Source: an uncultured Gammaproteobacteria bacterium
Lineage (GTDB): Bacteria > Patescibacteriota > Microgenomatia > CAZETR01 > Amesbacteraceae
Length of the DNA: 64,000 nt
Assembly: GCA_964366335.1 (NCBI GenBank)
Contig: CAYITQ010000001.1
Coordinates: 41,336 to 105,335, forward strand
Direction: 5' to 3'
Shown here in pieces: positions 34,115-44,404 of this stretch (its first letter is position 1; each line of letters begins with the position of its first letter). The notes beneath the pieces were generated by a model. That model saw only the letters and a list, made by a program, of their open reading frames with translations, was not told the origin of the DNA and ran no database searches. The position numbers were made by a program, and so were the translations under genes.

Positions 34115-37100
34115 ATTCAATGTATACCACATCGAGATACTTTTTTTGTTAATCGTGGGTTTAATCCCACTCTTGTGGTACAAGGTTGGTTACATTGGTT
34201 TGGGTCACGATATGGGTTTCCCCCTCGCCCCAGTAGGTCATTTTTTAGACAGACTTTATACATGGACAGATAGACTTGGTCCGTTCGGTTCAAATGCTGT
34301 ACAAGTTCTTCCAGGTGTGTTTATACATGGATTAGAGGCTTTGCTGTCATCTATTGGATTTTCACTGCTAACGGTTCAAAAAATAACTTATATCTTTTGG
34401 TTTATTCTTCCTGGAATTACCATGTATACACTTCTTCGTTACCTCCATCCAAACAAGGAAGATTATCCGATCAGAGTATCAGGTAGCATGTTTTACATGA
34501 TGAATCATTACCTTCTTCAAGCCTGGACTATCGCGGAAAGAACCAAGTTTTCAATTGTCGCAGCTCTGCCAATAGTTGTACTTTTAATAATTAAAGTATT
34601 ACACAAAAAAGAGTCTCCTGTAAAAAACTCAATACTTTTTGCTTTAACTTTATTTTTTCTAAATGGCGGGGAGGGCATTCCGCTATTAATTAGCTTATTT
34701 GTAGCGGTTATAACGACAATTATAACATACTTCTTTTTGTCGAACGAGAATTTTTGGCCTAAGGCAAAAAGGCTACTTATTTTTTCTTTTTTAGCTGCCT
34801 TATTCTGGATATTGTTAAGCGGCTACTGGCTTTATCCTTACTTTAAGTCTTATAGCCAAGCATTTGGACAAAGATCGGATGTAGCAGGGGGAACCGCGGG
34901 AGCTATTTCTTGGAGCCAGGGAATAAGCGCAAACACTAGTTGGATAAACCTGTTTAGGCTGAGGGGAATACCGGATTGGTATGCCAGTCCCGATCATCCA
35001 TACGCAAATGAGTTTTTCAAAAATCCACTATTATTGTTTTTAAACATTCTTTTTCCGGCAATAGCTTTAATTAGTCTTTTAAGTCCCAATAAAATAAAAA
35101 TTTACTTTTTAGGCTTGTTACTGATCTCAATTCCGCTTTCTGCAGGAAGTCATCCTCCCTTGGGAATACTTTACGATTACTTGCTGGTTAATGTGCCGGG
35201 TTTTATTATGTTTCGCTCTGGTTTTTTTAAATTTGGAATGATTATTTGGTTTGCCTATGCTTATTTGATCGCCGTAGGAGTCAAAGACACAATAGTCCGG
35301 TTAAAACAAATCCCCTTGGTTTTGCTTGGTGGATTTATAGTTTCACTTTTTATATATAATTATCCCTTTTTGTCAGGAGTTTTTTTCGATTATTCTAAAG
35401 GAAAATCTACAATGGTAAAGGTACCTGATTATATCTTTGAAGCGAAAAAAGAGCTTGATAGTAATAAATTTTCGACTAGAACTTTGTATTTACCAAATGC
35501 AGACATAAGGACTGAATATATAGAGTACGATTGGGACTATTTTAGTCTAAGTGAACTCACAGATATTATGGGGAGGAAGTCTTCAATAAGAAACGGTGTC
35601 TTAGCAAGACCCAACGAGAGAGATTTAATGGTTGGCGTCTTGTCAGAATACATTAAATTCGGAAACTCCAATTTAGTTAAACTTATAGGTGCTGACAGAG
35701 CCGTAGTGCAAAATGACTTTATTTCACCAGATTATGAAGGCAATCCTTTAAGCGGGATAAAAGAATCATTTAAGAAATCCAAGGATTTTACTTTTAAGAA
35801 TAGTTTAGGAAAATGGGATTTTTATGACTACAACAAGGATATTCTTCCTCAAATTTACTCTCCATCGACTGTTACATTTATTTCGTCTGATCAAAAAGAA
35901 TTAAGCTTAGTCGCAAATATGCCGGGGGCTTTAGATAGCAACGCTTTTTTGTGGTCTGACTCTCCGGAAGACAGCAATAAGAAAGAAATTTTCTCTAAGC
36001 TTATTATCCAAGCCCGATGTGCCGATTGTCCTCCTGTAGATAACTATCAAATATACTTCGCCACATCAAAGGTGTTAATACCCGGTACCGTTTTTTATCC
36101 GCTTGGTAAATTTGTAACTGACGCGAGAACACTCCTTGCTGGTAATCCAATTACTAGACTAGATATTAATTTGTCTACCTCTACAACTTTAATTTCTGAT
36201 CTGGGTTCCCTTCAAGCCAAAAGTGATGAAAAAGGGATAAAGGTAGCAACGGGAGATCTGGCTAAAAACTTAGAAGAAATAAAAAATAACTTAGAAGACA
36301 TTTCTGATCCGAAAATTAAAAAAGAGGTTCTCAAAAAAGTGCGTTTTTTCTTGTCGTTTTTTGTTTCTTATGAGACTCAGTGGGCAGTTGCTGCCCAGCC
36401 GGGACCGATAAAGTCAGACTTGGAAAGTCTTGAGACTGAATTGAGAAAGTCAGTGGCTGAAATTGAAGGAGAGACAGGATACCCCAAAGTAGAAAAGGAT
36501 GCTTTATTATATAAATACAGCCTTGACATTTCCCAAGCGGGTGATTACGATCTCTATCTCTACAATCCATCTTCCTTAAGCGATGGAATAACATTGAATG
36601 TTAATAACCGTATTTTTAGAGCACGAAAGCTTAATTCAAATTGGTACAAAATTACCAAAGTGCCTTTGGGGAATACTCCGACATTAATAGAGATTACAAA
36701 AACTCAAGCTTCTGAAACAAGACCAGTAATTTTTGTTGAGCTAGAGACGGGTGCTCCTGATTTAGGCTCACCGAATATTGAGTTTGTGGCCTTAAACCAA
36801 ACCAAGTATTTAGTGCAAGCAAAAGGAAGTGAACATTTTTTGTTGGGTTTTAACTCGCGTTTTGATCCAAATTGGAGTCTAAGAGAGATAAGTTCAAAAC
36901 TGGCAAATAAATATTTTGTGGGAGACAAAAGAATTTTCTTAAAGGGGAAAGTTATTGAATATGAAAGAGGCGATAAACATGTAATTACAGATTTAGTGTT
37001 TCCAAAGAGCAAATATAAACTAACACCATCGTTTCAGCTTAATGGCTTTTCAAATGGTTGGCTAGTAGATTCTAACGATGCTAATAGCGAAAAAACTTTT

Positions 37101-37211
37101 CTTTTAGAATATAATAACCAAAATGATTATTACAAAGCTCTCGCAGTGAGTCTTGCTACTCTCATTTTTATCTTAGGAATGTTAATATACTTAAATAATG
37201 AAACTACCTAA
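34095..37211 (+). CDS. giant GT-C-type membrane protein (YfhO/AftD-like): multi-TM N-domain plus large extracytoplasmic C-domain plus C-terminal TM anchor
   Basis: 1038 aa. N-terminal GHDMGFPLAP loop. About 13 TM helices in the first ~450 aa. C-terminal IEFVALNQTKYL...FNSRFDPNWS...VIEYERGDKH domain shared with 37198 and 49832. Final TM helix. Confidence 0.6.
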   Translation: MKKLLSKFNVYHIEILFLLIVGLIPLLWYKVGYIGLGHDMGFPLAPVGHFLDRLYTWTDRLGPFGSNAVQVLPGVFIHGLEALLSSIGFSLLTVQKITYIFWFILPGITMYTLLRYLHPNKEDYPIRVSGSMFYMMNHYLLQAWTIAERTKFSIVAALPIVVLLIIKVLHKKESPVKNSILFALTLFFLNGGEGIPLLISLFVAVITTIITYFFLSNENFWPKAKRLLIFSFLAALFWILLSGYWLYPYFKSYSQAFGQRSDVAGGTAGAISWSQGISANTSWINLFRLRGIPDWYASPDHPYANEFFKNPLLLFLNILFPAIALISLLSPNKIKIYFLGLLLISIPLSAGSHPPLGILYDYLLVNVPGFIMFRSGFFKFGMIIWFAYAYLIAVGVKDTIVRLKQIPLVLLGGFIVSLFIYNYPFLSGVFFDYSKGKSTMVKVPDYIFEAKKELDSNKFSTRTLYLPNADIRTEYIEYDWDYFSLSELTDIMGRKSSIRNGVLARPNERDLMVGVLSEYIKFGNSNLVKLIGADRAVVQNDFISPDYEGNPLSGIKESFKKSKDFTFKNSLGKWDFYDYNKDILPQIYSPSTVTFISSDQKELSLVANMPGALDSNAFLWSDSPEDSNKKEIFSKLIIQARCADCPPVDNYQIYFATSKVLIPGTVFYPLGKFVTDARTLLAGNPITRLDINLSTSTTLISDLGSLQAKSDEKGIKVATGDLAKNLEEIKNNLEDISDPKIKKEVLKKVRFFLSFFVSYETQWAVAAQPGPIKSDLESLETELRKSVAEIEGETGYPKVEKDALLYKYSLDISQAGDYDLYLYNPSSLSDGITLNVNNRIFRARKLNSNWYKITKVPLGNTPTLIEITKTQASETRPVIFVELETGAPDLGSPNIEFVALNQTKYLVQAKGSEHFLLGFNSRFDPNWSLREISSKLANKYFVGDKRIFLKGKVIEYERGDKHVITDLVFPKSKYKLTPSFQLNGFSNGWLVDSNDANSEKTFLLEYNNQNDYYKALAVSLATLIFILGMLIYLNNETT

Positions 37212-40200
37212 ATTCAATCGATACTGGTTGGAAATAATATTTATCCTTCTCGTGGGACTAGTGCCACTTTTGTGGTTTAAGGAGGGATATTTAGCTGCCG
37301 GCCATGATATGAGCTATCCATTAGCACCTATAGATTTTTGGCTTGATAGGTTATTTGTTTGGACAGATAGGATAGGAAGTTTTGGTTCAAATCAGACTGA
37401 TGCAATCCCTGGTATTTTTATACACGGACTGCAGGCACTTTTTTATTATGTTACAGGTTCATTACAACTAGCCCAAAAACTTGATTTTATTTTTTGGTTT
37501 GCCCTCCCGGGAATAACAATGTATATTTTACTTCGATCTCTCCACTCCAAAAAAGAAGAGTACATTATAAGAATATCGGGTTCTTTGTTCTATATGTTGA
37601 ACCACTATTTACTCCAAGGATGGATTATTGCTGAGATGTCAAAGTTTTCTATAGTTGCCGCCATTCCACTGATAGTACTTTTTACCGTGAATGTAATGTA
37701 TAAAGAGATGTCTATTATTAAGAACGCACTCCTTGTTGGATTTACTCTTTTTTTTCTCAATGGCGGAGCCGGAATTCCTTTGTGGGGTGGTTTGGCCATA
37801 GTCTGGATAACTACCATTGTGGTGTTGTTTATATTAAATCCTCGGCTTATATGGCACAAACTGCGCCGGGGACTGGTCTTTATTTTTCTTTCCACTCTTT
37901 TTATTGGTGTCCTCAACTGGTATTGGATTTATCCTTATGTGCAGTCCTTTAGCCAGAACTATACCACCAGAGTGGCATCCAGTGGTGGTAACGAAGGGGC
38001 AATTAGATGGAGTCAGGAAATAAGTAAAAACGCCAGTTTTGATAATTTAATCAAATTACAAAGTATTCCCGATTGGTACGACAACCCCGAACATCCTTAT
38101 GCTAATAATTTTTTTAACAACGACTTCTTAATCTTTCTAAGTGTGGTGATCCCCCTGGTTAGCTTTGTGGGTCTCTGGAGCAAGAAGAATGAACAAAGAC
38201 ACCAATTGGTGTATAAAGTGCTGGCTCTGGGAATTATCATAGTGGCCTTACCTTTTGTAGCGGGGAGTCATTTACCTACCGGTGTAGTCTACGACTTTCT
38301 GCTTAAGAATCTTCCCGGGTTTTCCATATTCCGTACTCCATTTTATAAATTTGCCATGGTTTTGTGGTTTGCCTATTCTTATTTATTTGGTGTCGGTCTA
38401 AAAAACATTATTGACACTATTAAAGTTCGTCAATTTTTTACCATCGGAATTTTTGGTGTTTCCCTAATAATGCTTGGTATCTATAATTATCCATTCTTTA
38501 CGGGGTCTTTTTTCAACTGGTCAAAAAAATACTCAACCATGGTCAAAGTACCTAGTTATATTTTCTCCGCGAAAGACCAGATAGACAGTAACAAATTCTC
38601 CACCCACACTCTTATTTTACCACAGCTTGACCCTAGAACTAAGTACGAGACTAATGATTGGAAATATTTTAGTCTCTCCACCATTCCCAGCATACTTACC
38701 CGCCGGCCGGTAGTAATCAATGATGCCACTCTTATAAATTGGGAAGACGTTTTGGTCAGTGCTGTGTATACTCAATTGCAAAAGAAAGGTGACTCTCAGC
38801 TGTTAGATTATACTGGCGTGGACACGGCAATTTGGAGAAATGACTTTTCTAGCCGTGATGACACACAGTATTCTATTAAAGCAAATAGAACCATCCTTGA
38901 TAACAATAAAAAGTTTACATTCCGAAAAAGAATTGGTCAATGGGATTTTTATGATATAGCCAGCGAAAACTTAAAGCCCTTAATATATTTTCCACAATCC
39001 GTTGTCTATATCAAATCCGAACCCGCATACCTGGCTTATATTGCCGATATTCCTAGTCTGGATTCTCTGGGTGATGCCTTTGCTTTGGCTGATCCGGTAA
39101 ACCCCATGGATATTATTAAGAACAAGATTTCACAATATGTGGTTCAGGCTTCGTGTATTAATTGTGATCTGAAAAAAACCGAAAGTGTGTCCATTATAAG
39201 TTCAAAGCCTCCCAGGATTATGCCGGGCGGCAAGTTGTATTGGCTTATTAGACTTAGGGAAAAGAATGTGAGAAAAAAGATTGTTGAGGTGCCAAAGTTG
39301 ATAGACTTTGATTTAGGTATCATGGCCAAAAATGCCGCAGCCTTGAAAGTGTTAATTGTAAACAAAAGCAAAGATAAAGCAGTTGAAAGCATAATAAATG
39401 ACTGGTATGCCCGTTTGGACAAAATCAAGTCAAACTATCTTTCAATTCAAGATCAAAGTTTAAAACAAGAAAAATCAAAAGATATTTATCGTTATTTGTG
39501 GTCTTTCGTTCTCGGTAGTCAGGAGTGGAAACATCTTGCAGAAAGCCCATCAACAGTCGAAAAACTGTCAGCTTTTGAAAATGATACCCGTTTGTATATT
39601 AACGAGTTGGGTTTGAAACCTGCTACGCTCCCGCCTTCTTTTGTCGAAAAAATGGTCTACAAAGTGACTATTCCTGTAGAGGGAAATTACCAAATCAGCC
39701 TCTATTCGGATCTTTTGACAAAAAGTAGCGTTGTCATTCTGGATGATAATCCAATCGGCATTAGTCGGTATTCCCCGGTCCGTAAATGGTTTCAGAGTGA
39801 GTTTATAAAACTTAGTGCGGGGGAACATACTCTTTCTTTGTCGAAATCCACGAAAAAACCTGAAGTCTATAATAATGTAGAATTGGAAGCTCCGTCTGCT
39901 AAATTAGTATGTTCTGACATTGATCTGGGTAATGTTGATCCAGAAAACACCTACACAATCCGATTCAATTATAGCAGCATTTCGGATCGGCCGCTTAATT
40001 TTCAAGCTCTTGAAAAGAGTGAGACCGCAACTGAATGGACTGTCAATAAAGTTTATCCAAATGTAAAGGAGTTATCAAAATCATATCAGGTCGATTTCAA
40101 ATATGAACCGGGAGCGCTTGCTGGGACCCTGTCTTTACGGTTCTGTATGGATGGATATTATTTATCACCAACATATGCCAAAGTCGAAGACTTGTCCATG

Positions 40201-40719
40201 GAAGAAGTCTCACCTGAACCGTTAGTGTTTATCACGTCTACGAAGAAGACTATTGCTCAGGATGCCCCCCCAATAGAGTTTGTGGCTCTAAATCAAACTA
40301 AGTATTTGATTAATTTGTCTAAAAACTCTAATGATTTTATCCTAAATTTTAACTCCCGCTTTGACCAGCAATGGAGAATTAGGGAAGTGGATACAATGAC
40401 AGCCAATAAGTTTTTTACCGGAGAAACTAAGGCCTACTTGAGTGGAAAAGTGATTGAATACGAAAGACAGGATAAGCATATTTTCACAGATAACCTTTTT
40501 CCCAGATTAACCAGATCGGAGTATGTTCCTCAATTTACTCTTAATGTTTTTAGTAATGCTTGGTTCTTAGAAGGAAATACTGACTCTGGTCCCAAGACCT
40601 ATCTTTTGGAATATATTTATCAAAATACTCTCTATAAAACAAGCATATTCAGTGGGGTAGCATTTGTATTATTGTTGGTCCTTTACTTTTGGATTAATAA
40701 ACATGAGAAATTTAATTAA
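37198..40719 (+). CDS. giant GT-C-type membrane protein, tandem paralog of 34095-37211
   Basis: 1173 aa. N-terminal ~120 aa about 60% identical to the upstream paralog (GHDMSYPLAP). Conserved C-terminal IEFVALNQTKYL...FNSRFDQQW...VIEYERQDKH. ATGA-coupled. Confidence 0.6.
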   Translation: MKLPKFNRYWLEIIFILLVGLVPLLWFKEGYLAAGHDMSYPLAPIDFWLDRLFVWTDRIGSFGSNQTDAIPGIFIHGLQALFYYVTGSLQLAQKLDFIFWFALPGITMYILLRSLHSKKEEYIIRISGSLFYMLNHYLLQGWIIAEMSKFSIVAAIPLIVLFTVNVMYKEMSIIKNALLVGFTLFFLNGGAGIPLWGGLAIVWITTIVVLFILNPRLIWHKLRRGLVFIFLSTLFIGVLNWYWIYPYVQSFSQNYTTRVASSGGNEGAIRWSQEISKNASFDNLIKLQSIPDWYDNPEHPYANNFFNNDFLIFLSVVIPLVSFVGLWSKKNEQRHQLVYKVLALGIIIVALPFVAGSHLPTGVVYDFLLKNLPGFSIFRTPFYKFAMVLWFAYSYLFGVGLKNIIDTIKVRQFFTIGIFGVSLIMLGIYNYPFFTGSFFNWSKKYSTMVKVPSYIFSAKDQIDSNKFSTHTLILPQLDPRTKYETNDWKYFSLSTIPSILTRRPVVINDATLINWEDVLVSAVYTQLQKKGDSQLLDYTGVDTAIWRNDFSSRDDTQYSIKANRTILDNNKKFTFRKRIGQWDFYDIASENLKPLIYFPQSVVYIKSEPAYLAYIADIPSLDSLGDAFALADPVNPMDIIKNKISQYVVQASCINCDLKKTESVSIISSKPPRIMPGGKLYWLIRLREKNVRKKIVEVPKLIDFDLGIMAKNAAALKVLIVNKSKDKAVESIINDWYARLDKIKSNYLSIQDQSLKQEKSKDIYRYLWSFVLGSQEWKHLAESPSTVEKLSAFENDTRLYINELGLKPATLPPSFVEKMVYKVTIPVEGNYQISLYSDLLTKSSVVILDDNPIGISRYSPVRKWFQSEFIKLSAGEHTLSLSKSTKKPEVYNNVELEAPSAKLVCSDIDLGNVDPENTYTIRFNYSSISDRPLNFQALEKSETATEWTVNKVYPNVKELSKSYQVDFKYEPGALAGTLSLRFCMDGYYLSPTYAKVEDLSMEEVSPEPLVFITSTKKTIAQDAPPIEFVALNQTKYLINLSKNSNDFILNFNSRFDQQWRIREVDTMTANKFFTGETKAYLSGKVIEYERQDKHIFTDNLFPRLTRSEYVPQFTLNVFSNAWFLEGNTDSGPKTYLLEYIYQNTLYKTSIFSGVAFVLLLVLYFWINKHEKFN

Positions 40720-41017
40720 AATCGCAATCAATTTGATAGCTAACGCTCCAAAACTTTCTTTGCTTATAATTTTTTATATTGCACTCAGAGACATTGCAAT
40801 TTTTATTCCTTATCTTAATTTATTTATCCAGGGTTTGGAAAATAGGCTCGCGATAGTGTGGCTATTGGCTTTAATCATATATAGATTTTCTCAAAACTCT
40901 ATCGTGGCTTGGATTCTAATTTTCTTGTTTTTGAGTATGTTTGGAATTCGCGTCGGTTTGATAATTTATACTTCCTCAATACTAATGTTCTTTAAGCATT
41001 TAAGGAGAATGAGATGA
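40706..41017 (+). CDS. small hypothetical membrane protein (~104 aa)
   Basis: ATG at 40706 inside the tail of the upstream gene, in a different frame. Three hydrophobic helices. Fills the gap and is coupled (ATGA) to the downstream GT2. Confidence 0.35.
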   Translation, partial: RNLIKIAINLIANAPKLSLLIIFYIALRDIAIFIPYLNLFIQGLENRLAIVWLLALIIYRFSQNSIVAWILIFLFLSMFGIRVGLIIYTSSILMFFKHLRRMR

Positions 41018-42750
41018 AAGATTTAATTTCAATAATTATTCCCACCAAAAATGCTGCAGGACATCTTAAGAATTTATTGCCTTCACTTGTTGGTCAAACT
41101 TATAAAGATTTTGAAGTAATCATAAATGATGACAAGGCTACGAGTGACGATACGAAAAGTTTATTAAAAAAGTTTGAAAACAAGATCAAAATTAAGTATG
41201 TCCATGAAAATGTCAGTATGGCGCAGGGAAGAAAAAGTGGCGCAAAACACACCGGCGGAAAATATCAGCTCCATCTTGATGCCGATATGTCTTTATCACC
41301 AAGGGTTTTAAAATTCTGTCTCAAAGAAATTCACAAAGGATATGATGCGTTAGTAATTCCTGAAATTTCATACGGAAAAGGATATTGGACTAAAGTAAAA
41401 GCTTTTGAAAGAAGCCTCTATGTGGGAGACAGCACAAGGGAATCAGCACGGTTTATTAAAAGTGCTGTTTATGAAAGTATCGGAGGACATAATCCCAAAA
41501 TGGTTTTGTCGGAAGATAAAGACTTAGACTTAAGAGTCCGAAAAGCCGGTTTTAGGGTGGGTAGAATCAACGAACCTATTTATCATAATGAAGGAAATTT
41601 AAGTCTAAAAAAGGATCTACAAAAAAAGTTTTTTTACGGCCAGACGGCTCATGTGTTTATAGCTGAAAACCCAAAACACGCCTTCAATCAGGCTAATTTA
41701 ATTTTCAGAGCTGCGTATTTTAGACATTGGAAGAAATTGTTAACTCATCCTGACTTATCACTGGGCATGTTTTTAATGAAAATACTGGAAACACTTGCCG
41801 CTCTTTGGGGTTTAATAACCACTATTCAAGTAATATTTACAAATAAGACTCTTGAAAATCTTAAGGATTATGAACCCATGAAGGAAAGTAGGGTGGAAAA
41901 AGGCTTAATATCAGTTATTGTTCCAGCCTTAAACGCATGTAAACATTTAGAAATACTATTAGTTTCGCTTGAAAAACAAACATACAAAAATTTTGAAGTT
42001 GTAATTAATGATGATAAAAAAACTACAGACGATACAAAAGAAGTATTAAAAAAATTTAGCAAAAAACTAAAAATTAAATACTTTCAGGAGAATATCAGTA
42101 TGGCACAAGGAAGAAGATCCGCTTCCATATCGGCTAAAGGTGAATACCTGTTTCATTTAGATGCTGATATGAAACTAGCTCCTCGAGTATTAGAGCATTG
42201 TTTTAAGAAAACAAGAGATTTTGACGCTCTTGTCATCCCTGAAGTCTCATATGGGGAGGGCTTTTGGGCGAAAGTAAAAATTTTTGAAAGAAGTATGTAT
42301 ATTGGTGACGATACGATAGAATCGGCCCGTTTTTTCAAGACCTCTGTTTACAGATCAGTTGGAGGGCATAATGAAAAAATGGTGCTTTCTGAAGATAAGG
42401 ACTTGGATTTAAGGGTAAGGAAGTCAGGCTTTAATGTTGGTCGAATAAGTAAACCAATATATCACAATGAAGGAAATTTTAGCATCCTTAATTCTATTAA
42501 GAAAAAGTTTTTTTACGGAAGGACTGCAAGTGTACTTATGCTGGCAAACCCGGCCTTTGCCTTAAAATATGGAAACATAGTTTTTAGACCGGCATTTTTT
42601 AGAAATTGGAGAAAACTTCTGTCCCACCCTATTTTAGCAAGTGGTGTTTTTTTAATGAAATCTCTTCAAACAATTGCGGGTCTTTTGGGGATGTTTACTT
42701 CCAAGGTCCCCTTTCTTAAAGAAGATATTAAAGTTGGTATATGGAAATGA
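41014..42750 (+). CDS. two-module family 2 glycosyltransferase (internal tandem duplication)
   Basis: Residues ~1-290 and ~296-578 are clear paralogs (ISIIIPTKNAAGHLKNLLPSLVGQTYKDFEVIINDDKATSDDTK vs ISVIVPALNACKHLEILLVSLEKQTYKNFEVVINDDKKTTDDTK, ...SEDKDLDLRVRK.GF.VGRI..PIYHNEG in both). Confidence 0.8.
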   Translation: MKDLISIIIPTKNAAGHLKNLLPSLVGQTYKDFEVIINDDKATSDDTKSLLKKFENKIKIKYVHENVSMAQGRKSGAKHTGGKYQLHLDADMSLSPRVLKFCLKEIHKGYDALVIPEISYGKGYWTKVKAFERSLYVGDSTRESARFIKSAVYESIGGHNPKMVLSEDKDLDLRVRKAGFRVGRINEPIYHNEGNLSLKKDLQKKFFYGQTAHVFIAENPKHAFNQANLIFRAAYFRHWKKLLTHPDLSLGMFLMKILETLAALWGLITTIQVIFTNKTLENLKDYEPMKESRVEKGLISVIVPALNACKHLEILLVSLEKQTYKNFEVVINDDKKTTDDTKEVLKKFSKKLKIKYFQENISMAQGRRSASISAKGEYLFHLDADMKLAPRVLEHCFKKTRDFDALVIPEVSYGEGFWAKVKIFERSMYIGDDTIESARFFKTSVYRSVGGHNEKMVLSEDKDLDLRVRKSGFNVGRISKPIYHNEGNFSILNSIKKKFFYGRTASVLMLANPAFALKYGNIVFRPAFFRNWRKLLSHPILASGVFLMKSLQTIAGLLGMFTSKVPFLKEDIKVGIWK

Positions 42751-43760
42751 CTTATCCTAAAGTTTCAATAATTGTCGTAAATTTTAACCAAAAGCAGTTT
42801 ACTTTAAATTGTTTGAAGTCACTGGGGAAAATAACCTATCCCAATTACGAGGTGATTGTTGTCGATAATAATTCTCAAGATGGATCCGTAGGGGCAATTA
42901 CAAAAATGTTTCCAAAAGTCAGGCAAGTTTTGAACAAAAGCAATTCCGGTTATGTGGGTGGAAATAATGCCGGTATCAGACAGGCAAAAGGAAAATATTT
43001 ATTGATTTTAAATAATGATACCTTAGTAACTCCTGGTTTTATTGAACCATTGGTGGCAGATCTCGAAAAGGATCACAGTTTGGGAATAGTTCAAAGTAAG
43101 ATATTTATCATGGATAATCCAAAACAACTGGATAATGTAGCATCTTATTTGACGAATATAGGTTTCTTGTTTCATATAGGATATTTGAATAAAGATAAAC
43201 CAGAATATCAAAAATATCAAGAAATATTCGCTGCTAAAGGAGCTTGTATGATGGTCAGAAAAGCGGTTTTTAAATTAGGTGCTTTTGATGAGGAATATTG
43301 GTGTTATTTTGAGGAGTCGGATCTTTGTTGGCGGGCTTGGGTCATGGGGTATCATGTTGCCTTTGAACCCAGGTCAATAATTTACCACAAAATGGGAGCA
43401 ACCAGCGCAACCATGAGAAGTGCGTTCATTCATTATCACTCGTTCAAAAACAGAATAAGAACGATTATCAAGAATGCATCTTTGACAACTTTACTCTGGA
43501 TACTTCCTGTTCATATTACAACTTGTGTAGTATTGTCAGCTTATTTTTTCTTATCAGGACAGACTGGTGGATCAAAAGCGATACTTAAAGCAATTTGGTG
43601 GAATATATTAACCATTGGTGATACATTAGAAAAACGAAGTATTATTCAAAAAAGACGCAAGCTGGATGATAATGAGATTTTTGACAAGGTTATGAAAAAT
43701 CCGCCATTATCATTTTATTTACATCATCTTTCGTTAGTTAGAGAAAATTTAACAAAATGA
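42741..43760 (+). CDS. family 2 glycosyltransferase
   Basis: VSIIVVNFNQKQFTLNCLKSL...VIVVDNNSQDGS. C-terminal TM helix. Confidence 0.8.
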   Translation: MEMTYPKVSIIVVNFNQKQFTLNCLKSLGKITYPNYEVIVVDNNSQDGSVGAITKMFPKVRQVLNKSNSGYVGGNNAGIRQAKGKYLLILNNDTLVTPGFIEPLVADLEKDHSLGIVQSKIFIMDNPKQLDNVASYLTNIGFLFHIGYLNKDKPEYQKYQEIFAAKGACMMVRKAVFKLGAFDEEYWCYFEESDLCWRAWVMGYHVAFEPRSIIYHKMGATSATMRSAFIHYHSFKNRIRTIIKNASLTTLLWILPVHITTCVVLSAYFFLSGQTGGSKAILKAIWWNILTIGDTLEKRSIIQKRRKLDDNEIFDKVMKNPPLSFYLHHLSLVRENLTK

Positions 43761-44404
43761 CCGGAAGACTTGAAGCCTGCATCAGGCTTGCTCGAAAAGT
43801 TGGTATTAAGAATAAGGTAATATTAGATATAGGTTGCTCGTTTGGTTGGTTTTGTAAGATTGCTGTAGAGGCGAAAGCAAAACAAGTCTTTGGAATAGAA
43901 CCTGATGGAAAAAAAATCCAACTCGCTAAAAAGACAGCCCCGTCAGCAATAATAAAAGTTGGAATTGCTGAAAAATTAGATTTTCCTAAAAATAAATTTG
44001 ATTTCGTGACTCTTTTTGATGTCATCGAACATGTTCCCAAAAATACTGAACCTAAAGTCTTTGCTGAAATTAATAGAGTTTTAAAATCCGGCGGATATTT
44101 ACTTATTTCTACTCCTTTTCAAAATTTCCTATCCAATATTGTTGATCCAGCCTGGTATTTTGGGCACCGCCATTATTCTGAAAACCAACTGTCAGAAATG
44201 CTGAAAAAAACCGGGTTTAAAGTGAAGAGCGTAGTGACACATGGCGGAATTTGGGAAATTATAGGGATGTGGGTGCTGTATATTTCAAAATGGCTTTTAA
44301 GAATAAAAATGCCTTTTGAAAACTGGTTTGATTCAAAGAGAAAAAAAGAGTTTAAGAGTAGAGGCCTTACTCACATTATGCTGATTGCTCAGAAAACTAC
44401 TTAA
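43757..44404 (+). CDS. class I SAM-dependent methyltransferase
   Basis: ILDIGCSFGWF (motif I) and FDFVTLFDVIEHV (motif II/III). Confidence 0.8.
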   Translation: MTGRLEACIRLARKVGIKNKVILDIGCSFGWFCKIAVEAKAKQVFGIEPDGKKIQLAKKTAPSAIIKVGIAEKLDFPKNKFDFVTLFDVIEHVPKNTEPKVFAEINRVLKSGGYLLISTPFQNFLSNIVDPAWYFGHRHYSENQLSEMLKKTGFKVKSVVTHGGIWEIIGMWVLYISKWLLRIKMPFENWFDSKRKKEFKSRGLTHIMLIAQKTT

